Positions 1 through 12,102 of a stretch of DNA of 64,000 nucleotides are shown here, in pieces. Source of the stretch: Eledone cirrhosa (taxonomy: Eukaryota). Below the pieces are notes generated by a model, which saw nothing but the letters and a program-made list of their open reading frames with translations, was not told where the DNA came from and ran no database searches. Made by a program: the position numbers and the translations under genes. Each line of letters starts with the position of its first letter. Within the stretch, counting starts at the first letter, position 1. The DNA lies in contig OZ024762.1 of assembly GCA_964016885.1 (NCBI GenBank), positions 16,554,001 to 16,618,000 on the forward strand, read 5' to 3'.

Positions 1-1935
1 GGGTGGCTGTAGTTGATGTGGGGTGGCTGTAGTTAAGGTGGGGTGGCTGTAGTTGATGTGGGGTGGCTGTAGTTAAGGTGGGGTGGCTGTAGTTGATGTG
101 GGGTGGCTGTAGTTAATGTGGGGTGGCTGTAGTTGATGTGGGGTGGCTGTAGTTAAGGTGGGGTGGCTGTAGTTGATGTGGGGTGGCTGTAGTTAATGTG
201 GAGTGGCTGTAGTTGATGTGGGGTGGCTGTAGTTGACATGGGGTGGCTGTAGTTGATGTGGGGTGGCTGTAGTTGATATGGGGTGGCTGTAGTTAATGTG
301 GGGTGGCTATAGTTGATGTGAGGTGCTGTAGTTGACATGGCGTAGCTGTAGTTAATGTAGGGTGGCTGTAGTTAATGTAGGGTGGCTGTAGTTGATGTGG
401 GGTGGCTTTAGTTGATGTGGGTGGCTGTAGTTAATGTAGGGTGGCTGTAGTTGATGTGGGGTGGCTGTAGTTAATGTGGGGTGGCTGTAGTTAACATGGG
501 GTTGCTGTAGTTGATGTGGGGTGGCTGTAGTTGATGTGGGGTGGCTGTAGTTGACATGGGTGGCTGTAGTTGATGTGGGGTTGGATGATGTGTGGGGTTG
601 TAGATGATGTGGGGTGGCTGTAGTTGACATGGGTGGCTGTAGTTGATGTGGGGTTGTAGTTGATGTGGGGTTGTAGATGATGTGGGGTGGCTGTAGTTAA
701 TGTGGGGTGTCTGTAGTTAACATGGGGTGGCTGTAGTTGATGTGGGGTGGCTGTAGTTGATGTGAGGTGCTGTAGTTGATATGGGGTGGCTGTAGTTAAT
801 GTGGGGTGGCTGTAGTTAACATGGAGTGACTGTAGTTGACATGGGATAGCTGTAGTTAATGTGGGGTGGCTGTAGTTGGCATGGGTGGCTGTAGTTGATA
901 TGGGGTGGCTGTAGTTGATATGGGGTGGCTGTAGTTGATGTGGGCTGGCTGTAGTTGATGTGGGGTGGCTGTAGTTGATGTGGGGTGGCTGTTGTTGATG
1001 TGGGGTGGCTGTAGTTGATGTGGGGTGGCTGTAGTTGAAATGGGGTAGCTGTAGTTGATATGGGGTGGCTGTAGTTGATGTGGGGTGGCTGTAGTTGATG
1101 TGGGGTGGCTGTAGTTGATGTGGGGTGGCTGTTGTTGATGTGGGGTGGCTGTAGTTGATGTGGGGTGGCTGTAGTTGATGTGGGGTGGCTGTAGTTGATA
1201 TGGGGTGGCTGTAGTTAACATGGGGTGGCTGTTGTTGATGTGGGGTGGCTGTAGTTGATATGGGGTGGCTGTAGTTGATATGGGGTGGCTTTAGTTAATG
1301 TGGAGTGACTTTAGTTAATGTGGGGTGGCTGTAGTTACTGTAGGGTCGCTGTAGTTGTTGTAGGGTGGCTGTAGTTGATATGGTGTGGCTGTAGTTAATG
1401 TAGGGTGGCTTTAGTTACTGTAGGGTGGCTGTAGTTGATGTGGGGTGGCTGTAGTTAATATAGGGTGGCTTTAGTTACTGTAGGGTGGCTGTAGTTAATG
1501 TGGGGTGGCTGTTGTTGATGTGGGGGGAGGGGGGGGGGGGGGGGGGGTTAGTTGATGTGCGGTGGTTGTAGTTAATGTGGGGTGGCTGTAGTTACTGTAG
1601 GGTGGCTTTAGTTGATGTGGGGTGGCAGTAGTTGATGTGGGGTGGTTGTAGTTAATGTAGGGTGGCTTTAGTTACTGTAGGGTGGCTGTAGTTGATGTGG
1701 GGTGGCTGTAGTTGATGTGGGGTGGCTGTAGTTGAAGTGGGGTGGCTGTAGTTGAAGTGGGGTGGCTGTAGTTGATGTAGGGTGGCTGTAGTTGATGTAG
1801 GGTGGCTGTAGTTGATGTAGGGTGGCTGTAGTTAATGAGGGGTGGCTGTAGTTGATGTGGGGTTGCTGTAGTTGATGTAGGGTGGCTGTACTTGATGTGC
1901 GGTGGCTGAAGTTAATGTGGGGTGGCTGTAATATG
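1..1935. repeat. 20-bp minisatellite (GGGGTGGCTGTAGTTGATGT)n in a TTLL12 intron, with a poly-G run at ~1522-1547
   Basis: Unit directly visible with 20-nt periodicity; produces the spurious HINYSHPT ORFs. Confidence 0.97.
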
Positions 1936-2195
1936 GGGTGGGTGTAGGTCATACTGGTGCCAAGACAAAAATACATCCTGTCCCTCCTGTATGTGGGGGT
2001 GGTAATGCTGGTGCCATAACAAAAAATACCCAGTCCACTCTGGAAAGTGGGGTGGCAGTAGTTGTTACCACATCAAAAAAAAAGGATCCAGTCCCTTCTG
2101 CAAAAAATAATGGGGGAATGAAGAAAGATTGTAATGTGTCAGAGAAGATGGTGGGATGGGGGTATATTTGATGGGAGGGGAACTGGTTGACTTAC

Positions 2196-2347
2196 TTGTT
2201 GCTGAATCTCAGGAAAAAACATTGATAGGCGTAGAGCTTGAGAGGTTGGACACTTCTCAAGAGAACGATGTAGCGGATGTCGAACTTGACAGATCCGACA
2301 CCATCAAAGTGCATCAACAGAGGATCTTCGATGTATTTGCAAGCAAC
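2196..2347 (-). CDS. TTLL12: TTLL12 coding exon 10 (VACKYIEDP...[30 protein letters not shown]); gene continues beyond the left edge
   Basis: AG/GT boundaries, phase 0 in / 2 out; TTL-domain KFDIRY motif as in TTLL12. Confidence 0.92.
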
Positions 2348-2501
2348 CTGTTTTAAAAGAAAGGAAAATGTATATATATAATGTTTGTTGGGTGGTGTCT
2401 TCGCACATAACACAAAAAATGAAAACTGAGAAAATTGGACACAAAATAACAATGATGTTGATACTGGTGTGATGTAGAAATAAAAACAAAGTTTGGCTAA
2501 C

Positions 2502-2613
2502 TTTTGGTCCTGATTCTCGCAGCCTGACAATATATGGAAGCTGGTCAGTTATATGAGTATCAAGGCATCGAGCAAGATTCCAGGGTTTGCAGATCCAGAG
2601 GTTGTTCAGGTTT
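2502..2613 (-). CDS. TTLL12: TTLL12 coding exon 9 ([22 protein letters not shown]...RESGPK)
   Basis: [10 protein letters not shown] is characteristic of TTLL12; CTTTCAG acceptor, GTTAGC donor; phases fit neighbours. Confidence 0.93.
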
Positions 2614-2706
2614 CTGAAAGATGAACAGATCAACAGATGTAAAGTATTATGTCAGACCAGACCAAGAGACAGGCATGGAAAAAATAGAAGAACGAGGGAA
2701 GCAGGC

Positions 2707-2882
2707 TACACTACATAGAGGTCAGGAGGGAAGCTAGATAAGTAGGGAAGTAGAGTACACTACATAGAGGTCAGGAGGGAAGCTAGATAAGTAGGGAAGT
2801 AGAGTACACTACATAGAGGTCAGGAGGGAAGCTAGATAAGTAGGGAAGTAGAGTACACTACATAGAGGTCAGGAGGGAAGTT
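2707..2882. repeat. ~50-bp tandem repeat, ~3.5 copies (TACACTACATAGAGGTCAGGAGGGAAGCTAGATAAGTAGGGAAGTAGAG)
   Basis: Direct repeats visible. Confidence 0.9.
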
Positions 2883-3149
2883 AGGTGACAAGTATACTTT
2901 GCAAGTAGAGAAGCAGAAGATAAAAAATTCAAGCATGTTATGCAGCTTGAAGACTAAAAACACAAGGTATTCTAGATTGTGAGGCAGTGTGTTAGGGAAA
3001 ATTGTGATATCATTGGTGAGTAGTCTATCTGTGATGATAAAGGTACACTTGCCCTCACAGACGCTGAAGAGAAAGTAGCATGGAAGAGCCATCATGAAAG
3101 ATTACTGAATGAGGAGAATGTATGGGAGAAGAAAACCAGCCCATACAAC

Positions 3150-4345
3150 CACTTTACAGGGTAGACAGGGTGCTGTTTGTCAGACCACCACCACCGTCAC
3201 TTTACAGGGTAGACAGGGTGCTGTTTGTCAGACCACCACCACCGTCACTTTACAGGGTAGACAGGGTGCTGTTTGTCGTGCCACCACCACCGTCACTTTA
3301 CAGGGTAGACAGGGTGCTGTTTGTCGTGCCACCACCACCGTCACTTTACAGGGTAGACAGGGTGCTGTTTGTCGTGCCACCACCACCACTGTCACTTTAC
3401 AGGGTAGACAGGGTGCTGTTTGTCAGACCACCACCACCGTCAGTTTACAGGGTAGACAGGGTGCTGTTTGTCGTGCCACCACCACCGTCACTTTACAGGG
3501 TAGACAGGGTGCTGTTTGTCGTGCCACCACCACCGTCACTTTACAGGGTAGACAGGGTGCTGTTTGTCGTGCCACCACCACCGTCACTTTACAGGGTAGA
3601 CAGGGTGCTGTTTGTCAGACCACCACCACCGTCACTTTACAGGGTAGACAGGGTGCTGTTTGTCGTGCCACCACCACCGTCACTTTACAGGGTAGACAGG
3701 GTGCTGTTTGTCGTGCCTCCACCACCGTCACTTTACAGGGTAGACAGGGTGCTGTTTGTCGTGCCTCCACCACCGTCACTTTACAGGGTAGACAGGGTGC
3801 TGTTTGTCGTGCCTCCACCACCGTCACTTTACAGGGTAGACAGGGTGCTGTTTGTCGTGCCTCCACCACCGTCACTTTACAGGGTAGACAGGGTGCTGTT
3901 TGTCGTGCCTCCACCACCGTCACTTTACAGGGTAGACAGGGTGCTGTTTGTCGTGCCTCCACCACCGTCACTTTACAGGGTAGACAGGGTGCTGTTTGTC
4001 GTGCCTCCACCACCGTCACTTTACAGGGTAGACAGGGTGCTGTTTGTCGTGCCACCACCACCGTCACTTTACAGGGTAGACAGGGTGCTGTTTGTCAGAC
4101 CACCACCACCGTCACTTTACAGGGTAGACAGGGTGCTGTTTGTCGTGCCACCACCACCGTCACTTTACAGGGTAGACAGGGTGCTGTTTGTCAGACCACC
4201 ACCACCATCACTTTACAGGGTAGACAGGGTGCTGTTTGTCGTGCCACCACCACCGTCACTTTACAGGGTAGACAGGGTGCTGTTTGTCAGACCACCACCA
4301 CCGTCACTTTACAGGGTAGACAGGGTGCTGTTTGTCATGCCACCA
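3150..4345. repeat. 48-bp minisatellite (CACTTTACAGGGTAGACAGGGTGCTGTTTGTCGTGCCACCACCACCGT), ~25 copies, resembling a SINE body segment
   Basis: Unit visible; similar to the CACTTTACAGTGTGGACTGGGTGCTTTT segment of the SINEs at 13400-13880 and 45530. Confidence 0.93.
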
Positions 4346-4401
4346 GCACCGTCGACCACAATGAATATAAACAATGAAACAAACATTTAAATGTAACCTA
4401 C

Positions 4402-4605
4402 CTTTTCTGTCGTTGTTGAAAGTAGGAGATAAATTGAGGCAACTCGGTGTTGAGGTTGTAGGTTATAGGCAGCCATGTTGGCCCAAAGTCCAAACTGTCT
4501 TGGTGTGTGTGTTCTGGGTCAGCATGTCGTCCTGTCACTGCCAACATGTCTTTTACGGTGACAAGAGATTCATTTGGGAATTGGTTGATCATTTGGTGCA
4601 AATTT
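4402..4605 (-). CDS. TTLL12: TTLL12 coding exon 8 (NLHQMINQFPNESLVTVKDMLA...GPTWLPITYNLNTELPQFISYFQQRQK)
   Basis: NQFPxE and WLPxTxNLxTELPQF match TTLL12; 204 nt, phase 2/2, AG/GT. Confidence 0.93.
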
Positions 4606-4739
4606 CTGAAAGATCAAAAAATATATATATAAGGGGTGGGGAGGACTCTTCAGTTTGTGTCAAAAGGTATGACTACTTCTCCTATACACTCGTGAGATGC
4701 AGACCCCTCGTCCTGTCTCAAACAATCTCGGCACCACAA

Positions 4740-5355
4740 TCTTTTAAAGGCTTAGAGCCTCAAAGGGGTATGATAACCTTTTAAAGGTTTAGGGTCTCAA
4801 AGGGGTATGATAACCTTTTAAGGGTTTAGGGCCTCAAAGGGGTATGATAACCTTTTAAGGGTTTAGGGCCTCAAAGGGGCATGATAACCTTTTAAAGGTT
4901 TAGGGCCTCAAAGGGGTATTATAACCTTTTAAGGGTTTAGGGCCTCAAAGGGGTATGATAACCTTTTAAAGGTTTAGGGCCTCGAAGGGGTATGATAACC
5001 TTTTAAAGGTTTAGGGTCTCAAAGGGGTATGATAACCTTTTAAGGGTTTAGGGTCTCAAAGGGGTATGATAACTTTTTAAGGGTTTAGGGCCTCAAAGAG
5101 GTATGTTAACCTTTTAAAGGTTTAGGGTCTCAAAGGGATATAATAACCTTTTAAAGGTTTAGGGTCTCAAAGAGGTATGTTAACCTTTTAAAGGTTTAGG
5201 GTCTCAAAGGGGTATGATAACCTTTTAAAGGTTTAGGGTCTCAAAGGGGTATGATAACCTTTTAAAGGTTTAGGATTCAAAGGGGTATGATAACCTTTTA
5301 AAGGTTTAGGGTCTCAAAGGAGTATGATAATTCTTTAAGGGTTTAGGGCCTCAAA
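4740..5355. repeat. ~38-bp minisatellite (GGTATGATAACCTTTTAAAGGTTTAGGGTCTCAAAGG-like)
   Basis: Tandem units visible. Confidence 0.9.
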
Positions 5356-5402
5356 AGGACTTTATGCAGCTCCACGTGTCTCTGTTAGAAGAAGTTCCTT
5401 AC

Positions 5403-5590
5403 TTGTAGTTTTCCAAACTTTCCTTCACAAACAAAATATCAGCAGATTCTCGGTCGTTGACCACAACGAAACGTGGATCACTTAGATGACCATCCATGGT
5501 GGAGTAATCCATGTAGACCTTCAGCACGTCGTTCTTCACCACGATTGGCTCCTCATCTTCATCGGGAAGGATTATTTTAGAGCGGTATTC
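5403..5590 (-). CDS. TTLL12: TTLL12 coding exon 7 (EYRSKIILPDEDEEP...LKVYMDY...LSDPRFVVVNDRESADILFVKESLENY)
   Basis: Open frame between TTCAG and GTAAGG; KVYxD and ADILF similar to TTLL12; phase 0 in / 2 out. Confidence 0.88.
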
Positions 5591-5700
5591 CTGAAGGAAT
5601 ACGTAAATAACTATTTCAAAATTTGTAAATAAAATCTAAAAAATGACTTCACATAAAGTGCCCCTTTTAACTCTTTACATTACTCTATATATACTATTGT

Positions 5701-5868
5701 GAAGGTGCATGGTTTAGTGGTTAGAGCATTGGGCTTGCAATCGAAACGTTGTGAGTTCAATTCTCGGACCGGGTGATGTGTTGTTTCCTTGAGCAAGACA
5801 CTTTATTTCACATTGCTCCAGTTTACTCAGCTGTAGAAATAAGATGATAGGACTGGGGTCCCTATCAT
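5701..5868 (+). mobile_element. tRNA-headed CORE-like SINE (family 1), 5' part
   Basis: A box TGGTTTAGTGG, B box GAGTTCAATTCT, then TGTTGTTTCCTTGAGCAAGACACTTT; further copies at 32372-32855, 39745-40078, 51472-51795, 55625-55960. Confidence 0.8.
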
Positions 5869-5954
5869 TAAATTACCCAAGACACCTCCTACGAGATATA
5901 CCTTGGAGGAGGCCAGCTAAACCTGCATAGGTGTGAACTGTCACACACACATAT

Positions 5955-6985
5955 ATACTATTGTATTTTCACCGTAAAGGCTTTACCTCACATAATATCT
6001 CACATAACATTTACATTACTCTATATATACTATTGTATTTTCACCGTAAAGGCTTTACCTCACATAATATCTCACATAACATTTACATTACTCTATATAT
6101 ACTATTGTATTTTCACAGTAAAGGCTTTACCTCACATAATATCAAATCTACAAGATTTTGATAGCATTTATTTTGAGAACAATACGTTAAGAGGTGCCTA
6201 CTGACTGTAGGTTTTGCTACTGCGTAGCGCCAAAGATCTCGGTCCAGTGACATCGTCTTAGAGAGGTGCAAATGTGTAAGGTCGGAATTTATCAAATCGT
6301 CCCAGGTTTTTCTGGGTCTACCTACTCCGTAACTACCATCAATTTTGATCGCCCTGCACTTTTTTATACAGCTGTCTTCTTTCATGCGCATCATGTGACC
6401 ATACCATCGTAGTCTTCTCTCAAGTAAACAGCATCTGATCCTCTTATTCCTAATTTCTCACTTAGTTCATTTATGCTTTGCCGTTCACGTATAATTTTAT
6501 TACACATCCAACGGAGCATGCATGCTTCATTCCTTTCCAGTCTGCGCAGGTCCTCTGCACACAATGCCCATGTCTCACTGCCATGTAGCATTGCTGTTCG
6601 TATACAGGCATCATACAATCTGCCTTTCATTTTTAGAGAGAAACCTTTTGTGGCCAACAGCGGTATATATAGAGTAATGTAAATGTTATGTGAGATATTA
6701 TATATGAGGTAAAGCCTTTACCATGAAAATACAATAGTATATATAGAGTAATGTAAATGTTATATGAGATATTATGTGAGGTAAAGCCTTTACTGTGAAA
6801 ATACAATAGTATATATAGAGTAATGTAAATGTTATATGAGATATTATGTGAGGTAAAGCCTTTACTGTGAAAATACAATAGTATATATAGAGTAATGTAA
6901 ATGTTATGTGAGATATTATGTGAGGTAAAGCCTTTACTGTGAAAATACAATAGTATATATAGAGTAATGTAAATTCTAAAGGGTT
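5955..6985. mobile_element. piggyBac-type MITE arrays (two opposed blocks) flanking an RTE 3' fragment
   Basis: Internal repeat ACATTACTCTATATATACTATTGTATTTTCACAGTAAAGGCTTTACCTCAC in opposite orientations; AAAGGG-TTAA end at ~6978-6987. Confidence 0.7.
6190..6660 (-). mobile_element. RTE-clade LINE 3' fragment (frameshifted)
   Basis: KGRLYDACIRTAMLHGSETW...GRPRKTWDD; near-identical to 56880-57370. Confidence 0.9.
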
Positions 6986-7241
6986 AAAGGCCCTAGAAAA
7001 CTTGGGGTCGAGAGAAGTTTTCAGTTATATGAAAGACATGACAGCCTCTCCTAGTGCCAGTGACATGATGACATGATAAAATACACCCAGTACACTCTGT
7101 AAAGTGATTGGTGAGAGGAAGAGCATCTAGTCATAGAAAACAAATTAAACAGGGCGTTGGGAGGACTCTACAGTTATGAGAGGAGAAGAAGAAGGGGAAA
7201 GAAAAGGGGGAAAAGAAGAAGAGGGAGAATAAGAAGCTTAC

Positions 7242-7375
7242 TTTATAGTAGTCATCATTAGGTTCTTTAGGAATGTGACTAATATCTGTGAAGTCAAAGT
7301 GTTTCCATGGAATCAGCCGAGCGTGATGCTCCAAGCTATTCAGCTGTGTCTGAAGGTAATTCCTTGTCACTTCAT
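7242..7375 (-). CDS. TTLL12: TTLL12 coding exon 6 (DEVTRNYLQTQLNSLEHHARLIPWKHFDF...EPNDDYYK)
   Basis: EVTR and LxPW match TTLL12; phase 1 in / 0 out; TCCAG and GTAAGC sites. Confidence 0.9.
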
Positions 7376-7442
7376 CTGGATTCAATACACATAAACAAAA
7401 GTTAAAATCATTGTTCGTGTAAACATGTACATATATATATAA

Positions 7443-7477
<35 letters not shown>

Positions 7478-7633
7478 TAAGAGTTAAACAAGATTCAATG
7501 AGTACATCAAAGAATGAGTTTTACAATAGATTGGAAGCACTCTACAGAAAAAAATATTTTCCAGAGTTGTTATTGATCACAAGAATATCTATTTTGTTAA
7601 TATTTGGAATTAATATATATATATATATATATA

Positions 7634-8035
7634 TATTAATGAAAAAGAACAAAGGAACTATTATGACATTACAACAAGTTTATTGCCGACAGCTGTTTCG
7701 TCCGACCATATGGTGGGACTTTTCAAGGCATATAACATGTGATTGTAAGTTCATTATCTACATCAACGTATCACTTAAGACTAGCAGTTTGAAATTGTGG
7801 TATACATCAGCAGCTCCACTTGTACATTGTATATGCCTTGAAAAGTCCCACCATGTGGTCGGATGAAACAGCTGTCGGCAATAAACTTGTTATAATGTCA
7901 TAATAGCTCCTTTGTTCCTTTTCATTAATATTTCTGCTCTGCTTGAACGCATAGAGCTTAACTAGCTACCGTCACATATTTGGTAGGTCAGACGTGATCA
8001 TCGCGATTCACATACGACCTACCATACATCTTGCT
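7634..8035 (+). mobile_element. Penelope-like terminal element, family A: inverted arms 7634-7733 / 7830-7930 plus unique tail, between (TA)n
   Basis: ~100-bp arms are reverse complements; hammerhead-like motif in both; second copy at 23420-23772. Confidence 0.75.
7835..7879 (+). ncRNA. Minimal type I hammerhead ribozyme motif, U3-A8 core variant
   Basis: gcc-TTGAAAA-gtcc...ggat-GAAAC-agct-GTC-ggc; mirror copy on minus at 7685-7729. Confidence 0.7.
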
Positions 8036-8044
8036 TATATATAT

Positions 8045-8398
8045 ATAACAAAATGCACCCCCGTCCCACTACCCCCACCCCATACACACCACCCCTTTCA
8101 ATGTAAAGTTATGTTGGTACCACAACATCCAGCCCGAAACAAATGAGGTCGTGTAGGTGTCACGACAAAAAACACAGAGTCCACGCTGTAATGTGGCTGT
8201 GTAGGTAACACGGTAAAAACCTCCCAGTCCACACTGTAAACGTGGTTGGTGTTAGGAAGGGCATCCAGCCGTAGAAAACACGCCAGACAGTCCTATACGA
8301 GCAAGACAACCACTCTTGCTTGCCTCAAGTGGGAAAACTCTCGTCCAAACCCATGCGAGCGTGGAATATGGACGTTAAACGAAGATGATGATGATGAT
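8045..8398 (+). mobile_element. SINE family 3 (GTTAGGAAGGGCATCCAGC segment, (GAT)n tail)
   Basis: Same body at 13395-13900, 16490-17422, 33335-33690(-), 36060-36790, 50995-51217, 57380-57748, 58040-58230, 58665-58890(-). Confidence 0.75.
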
Positions 8399-8495
8399 AT
8401 ATATGTGTGTGTGTCAAGTAATTCCGAAGAAAAAGCAAAGGAAAAAAGAATGCTCTATGTATAGAACAGAGCTATAGAGATTGAACAACACAAAA

Positions 8496-8690
8496 TATAA
8501 CTACTCCATTACCAAAGGTTTCAGGACCCCAGACAATGTTAACATACGTCTAGTTCGTTCATCAGACAGAGATGTTAATATTGTCGAGAGTCCTGAAACC
8601 GTTGGTAATGGAGTAGTTATATATTGTGCTGTTTACTTTCTAAATATATATATAGATATATAAGTTTGTTTTGCAAGGTTTTTGATAGAC
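8496..8690 (+). mobile_element. Penelope-like hairpin remnant, family B
   Basis: Arms 8496-8545 / 8572-8622; GAAAC..GGTA half-motif in both arms; CTGATGA on minus at 8559-8565. Confidence 0.6.
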
Positions 8691-8884
8691 TATATATATG
8701 TTTATATCTGTATTTTTAACCGTGGGTCAATCAATGATAAACATTGATTGCCAAATACATTAACTATGGAGATATAAAAGATACAGAAGCGAAAACCAAC
8801 CAAAACGAAACAGTGAGTGTGTTCTATTATTTCTGACAATATTATAACAATATGACCCTCCCCAAATATAACGATAGATCATCA

Positions 8885-9590
8885 TCAATATCATCATCAT
8901 TTTACGTCCGCTTTTCCCTGCTTGCAAGGGTGGGACGGGTCTTATTCAGCACAGCATCTCTCCACTCGTCACGGTCCCTCATCATCTCCACCGTGAGCTT
9001 CAATGATCTGAGGTCTGTTCTCACCACCTCCGCCCATGTTTTTCGTGGTCTACCTCTACCACGTCTTCCTTCAACTGGCAATTCCTGGTACTTCTTCACC
9101 CATCGGTCATCCTCCATGCGCATCACATGTCCATACCACCTCAGTCTCCTCTCCCGTACACTACATTCTATCCCTCTCAGACACAGTTTCTCTCTCAACA
9201 CATTTATGCTGGGTCATTCACGCACATTTACACTGCACATCCAATGGAGCATGCTTGCCTCATTTCTCTCCAGCTGTCGCATATCCTCTGCAGTTGCTGC
9301 CCATGTCTCACTACCATGCAGCATCGCGCTCCTCACACAGGCATCATACAACCGGCCTTTCGTACGCAGGGAGAAACCCTTCTTCGTTAACAGAGGAAGC
9401 AGCTCCCTAAACTTCTTCCAACCCGTCCTTATTCTAGATACTATGGCCTCGGAACACCCTCCTCCCATGCTAATCTGATCTCCTAGGTACCGGAAGCTAT
9501 CCACCACTTCTATAGCACCCTCTTGCATTTGAAAAATGTGTCTATCAGTGCGACTTCTACTGTCTAATTTCCCTGTACATCTACTGCCTA
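8885..9590 (-). mobile_element. RTE-clade LINE, 3' ~700 bp with (GAT)n tail
   Basis: FRYLGDQI...GRLYDACVRSAMLHGSETW...RLRWYGHVMRM...GRPRKTW; ends ACGTAAAATGATGAT. Confidence 0.92.
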
Positions 9591-9704
9591 CATATAAATA
9601 TATATATATGTGTGTGTGTGTGTGTGTAAAAGGTAAACAGAAATAACAAAACAAATGCCACAGTACGTGGAAGAAATAGTTTAATGCTTGAAATAGCACG
9701 AAGA

Positions 9705-9745
9705 GAGGCTTAACGTTTCGGACATTAGTCCTTCATCAGAAGAAA
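9705..9745 (-). ncRNA. Minimal hammerhead-like motif
   Basis: Minus strand CTGATGA-aggac-taat-gtcc-GAAACGTT; stem I weak. Confidence 0.5.
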
Positions 9746-10716
9746 GAATGAGAAATTAAAGAAAAAATACAAAGATTGATGGTACAGGCAGGGTGGAATC
9801 AGAAAAAAAAAAATATATATATATATATATATATCATCATCATCATTTTACATCCACTTTTCCCTGCTTGGAAGGGTGGGACGGGTCCTATTCAGCACAG
9901 CATCTCTCCACTTGTCATGGTCCTTTGTCATCTCCTCCGTGAGCTTCAGCGATCTGAGGTCTGCTTTCACCACCTCCGCCCATGTTTTTCATGGTCTTCC
10001 TCTACTGCGTATTTATATATCTATCTGTACATATACATATATATATATATATGCCATCCTCATTATCGTTTAATGTCTGCTTTCCCTGCTAGCAAGGGTT
10101 AGACAGGTCTACATAGACCAAGTCAGTACTGAAGAAGGGCTACTGACAACCCAGACAGGCCGTCAAGGTCTATATCCCACTTAAACATGATCATTATCGA
10201 GTGCAGAGTTGTTGTGTCTGTTGACACAAACTAAAGGATCCTCCTAATCCCTTGTTCGGCAAGTTTTCTACAGCTGGATGCCCTCCCTAATACCAACCAC
10301 TTTACAGAGTGTACTGGATACTTTTACTGTGCAGACCACCAACACTAGAGAGGTAGTCATGTCCTTGACATAACTAAAAGAACCTTCCAACCCTTTGTTT
10401 AGCAAGCTTTCTATGGCTGGATGCCCTTCCTATCACCAACCACTTTACAGAGCGTACCGGGTGTGTTTATTGTGTAGATTACGGACATTAAATAAAGTTA
10501 TGTCGGTATAAATACAAAGTATGTAAACAAGACTGCACCAACATGTATAAATATATACACATATTTCCCATCAAATTGGAAAAAATGGTAAATATCTTTA
10601 ATCTATTTTCGGATCTAATTGGACTCTCATCAGAAGACATGTATCATCCAAGCAACCGTAAGGAAACAAGAAAAAGAAAAACGGAATTTTTTTAAAAAGG
10701 AAAATTATAGATTTAC

Positions 10717-10875
10717 CATGTGACTGGAGATCTTTACAAGGGAAGATAACTGAGTAACAAATCTGGTCGACCATATAGAAGAAAGGGACCACACTGAATG
10801 AAGGATCATCAGAATGGTTTATCTTTGAGCCAAATTCATCCATAATATACCAGAGAGGCATTGCTTCATCGATCC
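10717..10875 (-). CDS. TTLL12: TTLL12 coding exon 5 (IDEAMPLWYIMDEFGSKINHSDDPSFSVVPFFYM...YSVIFPCKDLQSH)
   Basis: WYIMDEFGS is a TTLL12 SET-like-domain signature; acceptor phase conflicts with exon 4 by 1 nt. Confidence 0.9.
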
Positions 10876-11106
10876 CTAAAGAAAGAATGGGAAAAATAAA
10901 TTTTTTTTAAAGTAAAAACGGGGAAAAAAAGTAAAGGGCGCCATTAAACCTTTCATGATCGTATTTTTAATGAAATAAACTCTATTCTAATTAGTGATGG
11001 TGATGAGGATGGTGTTGGTGGTGATGATAATAATAATAGTGTTCTGTATACTATGTGTTGCTACAATCAACCAGACACCCTAATTTCCAACATATACATG
11101 TTTTAA

Positions 11107-12020
11107 CCCTTTAGCATTTAAACCTGCCATATCCGGCCAGAATTCTCTCACCTCTTTCTGTTCAAATTGTCTGTAACCTGCCACTCATACTGATGTTAAG
11201 GTATTGTTCTCAAAATAAGCAATATCAAAATCTCATAGATTCTATATTATGTGAGATAATTATGCAAGGTAAAGCCTTTACCGTGAAAATACAATAGTAT
11301 ATATAGAGTAATGTAAATGTTATGTGAGATATTATGTGAGGTAAAGCCTTTACTGTGAAAATACAATAGTATATATAGAGTAATGTAAATGTTATGCGAG
11401 ATATTATGTGAGGTAAAGCCTTTACCAAGAAAATGCAATAGTATATATAGAGTAATGTAAATTTTATGTGAGGTAAAGCCTTTACTGTGAAAATACAATA
11501 GTATATATAGAGTAATTTAAATGTTATGTGAGATATTATGGTAAAGCCTTTACTGTGAAAATACAATAGTATATATAGAGTAATGTAAATGTTATGTGAG
11601 ATATTGTGTGAGGTAAAGCCTTTACTGTGAAAATATAATAATATATATAGAGTAATGTAAATGTTATGTGAGATATTATGTGAGGTAAAGCCTTTACTGT
11701 GAAAATATAATTGTTTCTACTTTAGGCACAAGGCCAGCAATTACCCAGTGCATTACTGGTACTTTATTTTATCGACCCCGTAAGGATGAAAGGCAAAGTC
11801 AACCTCGGCGGGATTTGAACTCAGATCGTAAAGGGACGTAACTCTGCTGGAAAGCATGGCGTCCGACCCTCTACCGGTGAGATATTATGGTAAAGCCTTT
11901 ACTGTGAAAATATAATAATATATAGAGAGTAATGTAAATGTTATATGAGATTTTATTTGAGGTAAAGCCTTTACCACAAAAATACAATAGTATATATAGA
12001 GTAATTTACATGGTAAAAGG
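11107..12020. mobile_element. piggyBac-type MITE with expanded internal tandem array and a nested family 2 SINE (11709-11878)
   Basis: TTAA-CCCTTTAGCATTTAAAC left end, AAAGG-TTAA right end; same body as 40697-40910. Confidence 0.78.
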
Positions 12021-12065
12021 TTAAACAGTTTGTTTTTTAAATCATAAATCATAGACTATAGTTAC

Positions 12066-12102
12066 CATGGGTTCATTGGCAAAACTGTAAACTTGATTGT
12101 AT
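12066..12102 (-). CDS. TTLL12: TTLL12 coding exon 4, 37 nt (YNQVYSFANEPM)
   Basis: TTCCAG acceptor, GTAACT donor; aligns with TTLL12 FNQTY after the MW of exon 3. Confidence 0.8.

Noticed and set aside
153-1976. His/Thr/Pro-rich ORFs
   Set aside because: Translations of the 20-bp minisatellite
3109-4390. Two overlapping 422-aa ORFs
   Set aside because: Products of a stop-free 48-bp minisatellite inside a TTLL12 intron
5701-5775. tRNA gene
   Set aside because: tRNA-like head runs straight into a SINE body repeated many times in the window
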